Below are positions 39,567 to 49,298 of a DNA stretch of 64,000 bases, piece by piece (position 1 is the stretch's first letter; each line of letters starts with the position of its first letter). A program made the translations under genes and the position numbers. The DNA comes from Octopus bimaculoides. Lineage: Eukaryota. The notes under the pieces were generated by a model, which was not told the DNA's origin, ran no database searches, and saw nothing but the letters and a program-made list of their open reading frames with translations. The stretch is taken from contig NC_068982.1 in NCBI RefSeq assembly GCF_001194135.2, forward strand, positions 183,006,340-183,070,339, read 5' to 3'.

Positions 39567-39807
39567 CAGTGGTTCCCAACTTGTGGTCCACAGACCTCTG
39601 GTGGTCCGCAAAGGCAGTACTGGGTGTCCGTGAACTAAATTCAAAATTTCATGGCTGTGTAATAAGTAGTTTGCTTACCAACCACATGGTTCCGGGTTCA
39701 GTCTCACTGCGTGGCATCTTGGGCAAGTGTCTTCTACTATAACCTCGGGCCGACCAAAGACTTGTGAGTGAATTTGGTAGAAAGAAACTGAAAGAAGCTC
39801 GTCGTAC

Positions 39808-39906
<99 letters not shown>

Positions 39907-40129
39907 TGTGTTTGTGTGTATGTTTGTGTGTCTGCGTTTGTCCCCCCACCTTCTATTGACAACTGATGCTGGTGTGTTTACGTCCCCCTAACTTAGAGGC
40001 TCGGTAAAATTGACCGATAGAATAGGTATTAGGCTTGCAAAGAATAAGTCGATTTGTTCAACAAAAGGTGGTGCTCTAACATGGCCGCAGTCAAATGACT
40101 GAAACAAGTAAAAGAGAATATATATATAC

Positions 40130-40202
<73 letters not shown>

Positions 40203-40313
40203 TGTGTGTGTGTGTATGTGTGTGTGTGTAAGGATAGGGATATGAAGTGCGGTCAGTGGAAAAACACATTTAAATAAAAGGGGTCTTAGTACCCAAAAGG
40301 TTGGGAATCACTG
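39567..40313. mobile_element. hAT-type MITE with 8-bp TSD, carrying a nested SINE
   Basis: TIRs cagtggttcccaac and gttgggaatcactg (13/14 match), flanked by tactatat (39559-39566) and tactatag (40314-40321). Confidence 0.88.
39651..40118 (+). mobile_element. SINE family B nested in the hAT MITE
   Basis: Slightly 5'-truncated head, internal (GT)n and a gactgaaacaagtaaaagag tail. Confidence 0.88.
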
Positions 40314-40320
40314 TACTATA

Positions 40321-40519
40321 GGGATAAGGCCTACAATTTTAGTGGAGAAGGTAAGTCGATTAAATCGACCCCAGTACTTAACGTGTACTTAATTTATCGA
40401 CCCCGAAAGGATAAAAGGCAAAGTCGACTTCGACGGAATTTGAATTCAGTGCGTAGCGGAAGACGAAATACCGCTAAGCATTTCGCCCCAGCGTGCTCAC
40501 GATTCTGCCAGCTCGCCGC

Positions 40520-40520
<1 letters not shown>
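40321..40520 (-). mobile_element. SINE family A interrupted in its 3' tail by the hAT MITE
   Basis: Body at 40321-40520. The tail remnant atcctttctactata and (AAT)n lie on the far side of the MITE at about 39476-39566. Confidence 0.85.
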
Positions 40521-40583
<63 letters not shown>

Positions 40584-41012
40584 GATAGAGAAATTAAGGC
40601 AAATAGACCAGATATAGTTGTCAAAGATCATGAAGAAAAAAAATGCTTTCTAATTGATGTATCAATACCAGCAGATGACAACGTTTCTCTAAAAGAAATG
40701 GAAAAACTTTCAAAATACAAAGACCTGGAAATAGAGATAACTCGAACGTGGAGTCTAAAAACAGAAACAATTCCTATTCTTAGGTATAATAAAAAAATAT
40801 TCAGACAAATACATAACAAAAACACCAGGACTTACAAATATATATATAACATACATAAAATTGCACTACTGGGTACTGCACACATTCTACGCAAAACACT
40901 TTCAATACAGTAACCATAAGAGCACCACAGCAAACCACAGCACATACCCAAGGCGCACAGAGCTGCGCTCGGTAGTGAAGTGAAAGCACGTTATAAAAAT
41001 AAAACTACTGAA
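40584..41012 (+). mobile_element. R4/Dong-like non-LTR retrotransposon 3' end with REL endonuclease motif
   Basis: ANRPDIVVKDHEEKKCFLIDVSIPADDNVSLKEMEKLSKYKDLEIEITRTW...KIALLGTAHILRKTLSIQ*, with the PD-(x)n-D and K..KY motifs. It is flanked by (AAT)n on both sides. Confidence 0.88.
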
Positions 41013-41013
41013 C

Positions 41014-41082
<69 letters not shown>

Positions 41083-41084
41083 AC

Positions 41085-41430
41085 AAATAGGGACAATACA
41101 ACACAAGGGACAAGTGGGGGGTTGGCACAATGTTGTATATAAGATAAATAACAAATAATAAAATAAAAGAATAAAAATTCTCTAAATTGGGGCTGGTTCT
41201 TCACAGAGACAACCGAAGAACCCTACACATCCTGGTTACCCCGACCACCAGGGGCACCTTAGTAGGTGCCTCTCTCCTTCTCAACTCCTCGTTTACAAGC
41301 GAATGTTCAGAGTAGGTCCATTCATACGAGCCATCCTCGCTACATTCACCCACCTTTCAACAAAAATACTGAGGGGCAGTACTTCCCTCTCCACCCTCAC
41401 TTTTTGTTTTTCAAGTAAAATAGTAGAGGT
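41085..41430 (-). mobile_element. Probable L1/Tx1-type LINE 3' end
   Basis: The minus strand reads KVRVEREVLPLSIFVERWVNVARMARMNGPTLNIRL*, followed by a 3'UTR ending at the (AAT)n tract. The family call rests on recalled resemblance only. Confidence 0.4.
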
Positions 41431-41784
41431 CTTGTTGCAATACGAGGCAGTGGTTCTCAAGTCTTCTAATCTTAACTGTGTTTTGTCTTGGTTTAAAAGC
41501 TACAGCAAATATTCTGCTCAAAACCACAGAACTGCTTGTAGGTTGCTTGACCTTAACGAATTGAGCATGTCCCTTAGTGTCTGACGATATGCGAATTTCT
41601 GATCATGCGCAAGAGTAGGGGGATAGCATCATAGCCATGTGTTGAGAGTGTTATTTGGGGATTAGAATAATTCACCTCTGGGGACATGGATGTTTCGTTC
41701 ATCATCATAAAAAAAACAATCCTTATTTAGGGATCTCTGAGTGGGATAAGCTACTCGACCTGAGGGAAATTCTAGCTGGGCCTT

Positions 41785-41855
<71 letters not shown>

Positions 41856-43355
41856 ATATATATAAACCATACATATATACACAATATATATAAATACATA
41901 CATACATACATACATACATACATAGACACACATACACCTTGTCTGAAGATATTATGCAAATCGGTTCTTTTTAATAAAATGAATGTACATAGGAAGCTGA
42001 AATTTCAGGATGTTGGTACAAATGCTTTTTCTTAATTGTGACTAAAATTTGACACACATCTGATCTGTTTTTCGTGAGTTATTGAGAATTTATTGAAATT
42101 GGTTGTATGAAGTTATCATGTATCTTCTCCAGTCTGTATCCTTCCTTGGTAGAGTTGCAGTCTTGGATTGTGTTGGTTGATGATGACGATGCATAACAAT
42201 AGAATGTGATGACAGAAGCAAAACGAGGCACTTCACTGCCAGAATATGAGTCGATTAAACAATGAATTTTACCTTCTGTTGAGGATTAATGAAAGGAATT
42301 GGCGGTGTTCCCTTTAGACGTATTCTGGACATTGACAATGATACATTGATGTAGCATGTTCTGGTGGACTTTCAGATTGAGCATTATAGGAAATAACCAG
42401 ATATCCTCACTCCATAGTTTGTCAATAGTATTAAGGGTTATATCAGCTGATAGCTGCACAGGCACAGACGTACAAACAACAGAGAATGCCTAACATGCAG
42501 TGGAGTCCGCGATATTGATCTACACGAGATCAAGTGTTCAGGATGTTTTAGTTGTGTCGCGTGAGAACAACCAAGTCGTGCAGCGGAGCCACCAAAGTGA
42601 GTATTTTGCTGCTTTGCTTCAACAAAGAAGACAGTAGAGTACTTATATATCATTTGACAATACAACAGCGGCAGAGTTGTTATTTGATCCATTTCAAATC
42701 TAATCGAACAGATTCGTTGATGAAAGGCATTGTGTTCATGACCATCCAGTTTCTTAGCATGTATCTAATGTGTTTTTTTACTTCTTGAAGACAGTATGAT
42801 GTGCTTTGAGACAGATTTGGCTACTAATTTTAGCAAGTCGAGTAACCACGATAAGGCTTCCGTGATGGATGAGGTTGAAAGATATGTGATTATTTTTTTG
42901 ATTTTTGTTGTAGTTTTGTTTTGTTTTCCAATTCCACCATATCTTCATTCTCCTATATCACTTAAAGTGAGATACGAAAAAGATGGCGGAGCAAAGCTGT
43001 AAAATTATTGAGTGATATGTGTGATAAGGTAGATTATAAGAGTCAGGCCCAAACATCCAACACAACAACAACAACAACAACAACAACAGCAACAGACAAA
43101 TATTAAGTTAAACACTAATATATCTTACTGATTAAAATGAGTTCTAACCGACATTGATACAAAAGTATCAGATAAATTTTCGAATTATTTTATTTCATTC
43201 TTGTAGAATTTCTTGGATTCAATCAACGGTTTGAATTCTTAAAATATTGGTTCCATGTTCGATACAGATGTTTGATATTAATGGATTAATTCTCCTTCTT
43301 ATTTCTTTCTCATTCTTTCACATCGCTTTCATTTATTTTAAACGTACTCTCTCTC

Positions 43356-43386
<31 letters not shown>

Positions 43387-43420
43387 TTCTCATCACTTTC
43401 ATTTATTTTAACACGTACTC

Positions 43421-43498
<78 letters not shown>

Positions 43499-43569
43499 TC
43501 TTTCTGCTTCTCTGCCTCTCTTTTTTCCTCTTTCTCCCTCCCTCTCTCTTTCTGTCTACCTCTCTCCTT

Positions 43570-43850
43570 GGGTGTGGACAAGCGAGGTCATACCATCTTT
43601 GATCAAAAACTGTCTCACACTCAAGGCAGTGTGCACAACTGCATTGTCGTGATGAGACCACTACTCTCCACTTTACCACTAGTCGGGACGTTTTCGTCTC
43701 GCCGTGTCTCACAGAACTACCAAGTAGAATGTCTGGTTAACAGTTTAACCAAGAGGAACAAATTCTGTGTGGACAATTCCTTTCGCATCAATGGAACAAA
43801 TCAGCATCGTCTTCACATTGGACTTCACTTGATGCGCTTTGGCGGGAGGG
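43570..43850 (-). mobile_element. Mariner transposase catalytic-domain fragment
   Basis: KTMLICSIDAKGIVHTEFVP..TVNQTFY...RRKRP..W.SGEW..HHDNA..HTALSVRQFL, with stops. Confidence 0.85.
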
Positions 43851-44008
43851 CGTGGTGACATTGAATGATTCCATATGCCCGTCTCTCAACATCTCCTCTT
43901 CTTCTCTTCTCCCCTTCTTCTTTCTTTCTATCTATCTACCTATCTATCAATTTCCTACTTTTTCATATTTATAAAAGGAAATTCCGTTTTCAGATGTTTC
44001 TAGTGTAG

Positions 44009-44083
44009 GGCATATGGCGTAGCGGTTAAGAGCGCGGGCTACTAATCCCAAGATTCCGAGTTCGATTCCAGGCAGTGACCTAA

Positions 44084-44114
<31 letters not shown>

Positions 44115-44268
44115 TAATAATAACATCGAAAAATACCTTAGGAATGAGAACCCAGGTTCGAAATTTCCCCAAGACACGTGATGAAGGCTGGAGGGTATAT
44201 CAGCCGAAACGTTGTGTTAACAACAAACAAGATGAGGACAAATATCCGTCAAATGTAAATAATGTAAA
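44009..44268 (+). mobile_element. SINE family E, complete: tRNA-like head, (AAT)n linker, Penelope-like tail
   Basis: Head ggcatatggcgtagcggttaagagcgcgggctactaatcccaagattccgagttcgattcc. The tail contains tgatgaaggctggagggtatatcagccgaaacgttg. Confidence 0.82.
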
Positions 44269-45249
44269 ACCTTACATATTAGCAAAAATTACATAGTAGA
44301 CTAATCTATATATAACTTAAATTTACTCTCAACATCTTCCCTTCTTCTCTCTTTCTATCTATCTACCTATCTATCAATTTCCTACTTTTTCATATTTTAT
44401 AAAAGGAAATTCTGTTTTCAGATGTTTCTAGTGTAGCGGTATATATATCGAAAGAACTAAGTTCAATAAATTTCATTAAAATAGTTAAGGCTACAGCTTT
44501 GTACAAAGAGGATTCTACAGTTTTGCAGGCAGGGCTTTTCTTTATTCCACATGCTAAATATGGATATCTTTATATCTTTTATCGTTAGATCTGAAGTTTA
44601 AATTTATCATCTTTTATCTTTCTAATTCATATTCTCATTTGGTCAGACTGACATTGCTGTGTTTAACTTTATTGATTTACTATTTCCTCTCGTCTTTTCT
44701 GCAATATTCTTCCATTTTCTTGGGATTTCATTTAATTTTTGTTTTTCAAATATTCCGAAAGCCAGATGGAAGGTGTGTCTCATTTGATTGATAATTTATT
44801 CAAATTCTATTCGCATTTCTCCCTGAAGTAGTATATCTTTATCTATCAGTCTCAACAAATTGTTGAAATAGTCTCTTGGGTCTTATTTTGAGTTTATTTT
44901 ATTACTTCATTGCCAACAACAAATATTTCAATTATGATTCGTATCTGAAAACTCGTTTATTATCGTCAAATGATAGTAAAGATATGTCTTCATAGATATA
45001 TCATGTATCAAACCAGTATATTTTTCCATCTCTCACAAAACATCGTTCCATCTCACACAGAATTTCCAAAGAATAAAATTATGCCTACAGCACCATAAAT
45101 TAAATGTTAGTTAATTAACGTTTCTTAGTTCAACATAGTAAATATGTTAGCACATAGCTACCGCTGTTTATTCAAGCAGAGTATAATTTTTTGTATATTT
45201 CCTTATTTCAGTCATCACTCTACTTAGTGTTGTTCGCATATATAAGTGT

Positions 45250-45676
45250 TTCCAGTAATGAGAAGGGCACGTAATCCTTCACTGCACAACTTGACTTATC
45301 TGCGACTAATCCAATGGCAAGGAGGAGATCCAGGACGAATGAGGTCAGGGAGAAGATGTAGCGAACTGTCGCGTCCACGGAATGTAGTGCAACCCCTGGC
45401 TGTTAATTGGAAGGCATGGCGGTCCGTGTATGATGCTGGGTTGGAGCGATTTGAAACCAAACGCAAGAGACTGCATGAAAGGAGGAGACGTCGTCACCAA
45501 TCGCTAGCGGGTGTTTTTCGGGGTCACTTTCAGTGCTCTCATTACCAGGGGATCTGACAATCGCGTATCGGTCTTGTCGGCCACGTCCGCTCCCATGAGA
45601 AACAATGTGTGCTGGAGACAGAGTAGGATGAATGCCCTGGATCAACTATGATGGGATATCATAAGCAAGCAAGCAA
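45250..45676 (+). mobile_element. RTE-clade LINE 3' end
   Basis: LAVNWKAWRSVYDAGLERFE...HFQCSHYQGI*QSRIGLVGHVRSH matches the RTE C-terminal C..C..SRIGL..H.R.H pattern. It ends in a (GCAA)n tail. Confidence 0.8.
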
Positions 45677-45789
45677 TGTATACACACACACATACGCGCA
45701 CACACATACACATATATATATACACACGCACACATACACACATACATACACACACACACACACATACACATATACATACACATACACGT

Positions 45790-46254
45790 GAAGGTAACTT
45801 TCATCCATAGTAATGAAACCAGCAAGAAAATTCTCTTCATCGGCTTCTAAAAGTTCCAGATTGCTCGTGGACAAATTGCACCTGGTGCGGTTCTGTTCAA
45901 GAGTCAAAAGGTGAGGGACTCATCTTGCGGAAACCTTTGAGAACCCAAGTTCTTTTGTCAGCTATCTGACGGCATGTTTATGAGATGCCCAGTCTCTCGG
46001 CTATCTGACGACGTTATCATACTAAGAACAAAGTCAAGGTTATCCTTGGTGGTTGCAGTTGGAGATCTCTCTGATCTGGGATCATCTTCCACACTCTCCC
46101 TGCCACGCTTAAATTCATTAACTCAACATTTGACTGTTGCATATGAAGGAGCATTGTCTGTTAAGGTTCTCACCGTAATATCACGGATTTTTGATGGAGT
46201 CATGACTTTCAAATGAAGATACTTTATGACACCATGATACTCAGTTTTCTCCAT
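45790..46254 (-). mobile_element. Mariner transposase N-terminal fragment
   Basis: MEKTEYHGVIKYLHL...APSYATVK.*VNEFKRGRESVEDDPRSERSPT...FLAGFITMDES. Confidence 0.88.
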
Positions 46255-47212
46255 TTCCCTTGTAACCTCGACATTTGTTTATTCAAAAATCTGCAACAAC
46301 AGAAAAATTAAAATATCACAATCATGAAAATACTCCGAAAAGACTGTACTTACCTGAAAAAATTGTTTCAGCTATCTAGCAGCCCATTTTCTAGGTTAGG
46401 CTCGAAACTTTTCATACACACTTTGTAATTCAGATTTGTGAGCTGTCTTCCCATCATTTTCTTTTTCTCTTTTTTTTTTTCACATTATTGGTGTCATTTT
46501 AATTAATTAAAATTTTTGACAGACTGCACGAAGTATATTAACATCGACATAATGTCCAATTGCTATCAGTCAGCGGGACTTTTCTTTTTAACTCGTTTTT
46601 TTATACCCTAGTAACTCTATAATAACCTACAGAAGACAATTAAAAATTTTCTATTATTACATTAACGCTGGTGCGATTATTAATAATATATAAGATTTCT
46701 GTTCTAGATATTAGTTAAAATGACATGAGTGACAAGGTCATTGTATCTGAAATGAAGATTTATATTTACTGAGCCTGAAATCACAGAGAAAATGTTGACT
46801 GTTAGAAAATCATATAGAAAAAGAACCACTTTGTGGCTACATGTTCAATCATTTCAAAGTGGTGAGTAATATTTTGCTTTTACTTCAGTTCCGAAGTCGT
46901 GTCAATAAAGCGAAAATAGGTGAAAAAGTCAGATGAGCTTTCCAGATCTGAAAAAACAACTAACAATCTAACAGAACATATCGCAACCACGCAAGTATTC
47001 TTCCCTGAATTGGGGGAGACTTCACGTGAGTAAATTTAGCATTAAATTATTGACGCAAACAAAAGAAATTCAGTGACTGGTGACACAACAATTCAAAGAT
47101 AGATATTTCTTTCGAAATTAGAATTCAAAGTCGGCACTCGCTCTTGACATTGCTGTTTCGAACTTGAAGGTCATCCTTCATACTCAGTAACATCGGTTTC
47201 AATGTTTCAAGT

Positions 47213-47404
47213 CCAGCAATTTCGGGGGAGAGAGTAGGCCGATCACATCGACCCCAGTATGCAACTGGTACTTATTTTATCGATCCCGAAAGGATGAAAG
47301 GCAAAGTCGACCTCGGTGGAATTTGAACTCAGAACGTAAAGACTTACGAAATGCCGCAAAGCATTTTACCCGGCATGCTAACAATTCTGCCAGCTCGCTG
47401 CCTT
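47213..47404 (-). mobile_element. SINE family A
   Basis: Core ttatcgatcccgaaaggatgaaaggcaaagtcgacctcggtggaatttgaactcag. Confidence 0.9.
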
Positions 47405-47826
47405 AATTTCATTCTCATACACAATAATATTGCCATCTTCTATAATATTACAGACTTTAACCAACCAGCTACTGTAATATTCAATATTTTGTGTTCGATA
47501 AGGCGGCAAATAGGGCTGGAGAGGAGATGTTTGAGAGGAGACATGTTTGGAAAAAGATGGAAGAATGTCGCACGAATGTTGGGCATGAAAGGATCCGCGT
47601 GAATGTGTTATGGTTTAAAAACCCAGGTCAGTGGTAAGGCAGGGTTCATGGGGTGCGTTATAATCCCGCCTCCACTCCATCTTTTATGTCTTATTGTGTC
47701 CTATCATCCGTATCATATATATATTTTATAATTTTTAAAAGGACCCCAATCGCATTTCTTGTAAAATCATTCGATTTCATTGTGTTGTCCCTTCTATGTA
47801 TGTCCTTATGGATAATAAAAAATTAA

Positions 47827-48024
47827 GAAACGTTAGCATGCCGGGCGAAATGCTAAGCTGTATTTCGTCTGCCGTTACGTTCGGAGTTCAAATTCCGCCG
47901 AGGTCGACTTTGCCTTTCATCCTTTCGGGATCAATAAATTAAGTGCCAGTTACGCACTGGAGTCGATATAATCGACTTAATCCCTTTGTCTTTGTTTGTA
48001 CCCTCTATGTTTAGCCCCTTGTGG
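47827..48024 (+). mobile_element. SINE family A, inverted relative to the 47213 copy
   Basis: gttcaaattccgccgaggtcgactttgcctttcatcctttcggg core on the + strand. Confidence 0.9.
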
Positions 48025-48803
48025 NNNNNNNNNNNNNNNNNNNNNNNNNNNNNNNNNNNNNNNNNNNNNNNNNNNNNNNNNNNNNNNNNNNNNNNNNNNN
48101 NNNNNNNNNNNNNNNNNNNNNNNNNNNNNNNNNNNNNNNNNNNNNNNNNNNNNNNNNNNNNNNNNNNNNNNNNNNNNNNNNNNNNNNNNNNNNNNNNNNN
48201 NNNNNNNNNNNNNNNNNNNNNNNNNNNNNNNNNNNNNNNNNNNNNNNNNNNNNNNNNNNNNNNNNNNNNNNNNNNNNNNNNNNNNNNNNNNNNNNNNNNN
48301 NNNNNNNNNNNNNNNNNNNNNNNNNNNNNNNNNNNNNNNNNNNNNNNNNNNNNNNNNNNNNNNNNNNNNNNNNNNNNNNNNNNNNNNNNNNNNNNNNNNN
48401 NNNNNNNNNNNNNNNNNNNNNNNNNNNNNNNNNNNNNNNNNNNNNNNNNNNNNNNNNNNNNNNNNNNNNNNNNNNNNNNNNNNNNNNNNNNNNNNNNNNN
48501 NNNNNNNNNNNNNNNNNNNNNNNNNNNNNNNNNNNNNNNNNNNNNNNNNNNNNNNNNNNNNNNNNNNNNNNNNNNNNNNNNNNNNNNNNNNNNNNNNNNN
48601 NNNNNNNNNNNNNNNNNNNNNNNNNNNNNNNNNNNNNNNNNNNNNNNNNNNNNNNNNNNNNNNNNNNNNNNNNNNNNNNNNNNNNNNNNNNNNNNNNNNN
48701 NNNNNNNNNNNNNNNNNNNNNNNNNNNNNNNNNNNNNNNNNNNNNNNNNNNNNNNNNNNNNNNNNNNNNNNNNNNNNNNNNNNNNNNNNAAAAAAAAAAA
48801 AAA

Positions 48804-48871
<68 letters not shown>

Positions 48872-49063
48872 TAATAATAATAATAATATTAGTAATCTAT
48901 CCATCTAATAGGTATATCTATATCATGTATTTATTTTATGCAGTCGTGATGTATTCGTGTACATCATATATTCGTATAGTTGATATACCTATATCATGTA
49001 TTCATGTAGTCAGTATGGTGAACTGAACAGATGAGGACTTAAAAAGCGGACAACGTAGAAAAG

Positions 49064-49151
49064 ATGTCAAAATATTTTTTGAAATGGAAACAACGTATTC
49101 ACAATGAAAATGACGTGTCTAAAGAAGATGTCTTTCAGTTTATCGTAATAG
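49064..49151 (+). CDS. Rab gene coding exon 1 (MSKYFLKW...VFQFIVI-G)
   Basis: ATG at 49064 with an in-frame upstream stop (TAA 49040-49042). It encodes a beta1-like FQFIVIG and ends at a strong donor G|gtaagt. Phase 1 completes the P-loop Gly with exon 2. Confidence 0.85.
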
Positions 49152-49263
49152 GTAAGTATGGAAGAGAGGATCGCGGTTAGAACGATGTGTAACCTATTGA
49201 ATATTGAAATATTTCTGTTGCAAGATAAAAACATGTATATAGACACAAACACTCATACATACA

Positions 49264-49298
<35 letters not shown>

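Noticed and set aside
42480-42800. Possible decayed RT fragment (STRDQVF)
   Set aside because: Only one short motif, with no supporting downstream RT motifs.
46790-47030. Candidate upstream coding exons for the Rab gene
   Set aside because: The frames hit stops and cannot join exon 1, which has an in-frame stop before its ATG. They could at most be UTR exons.
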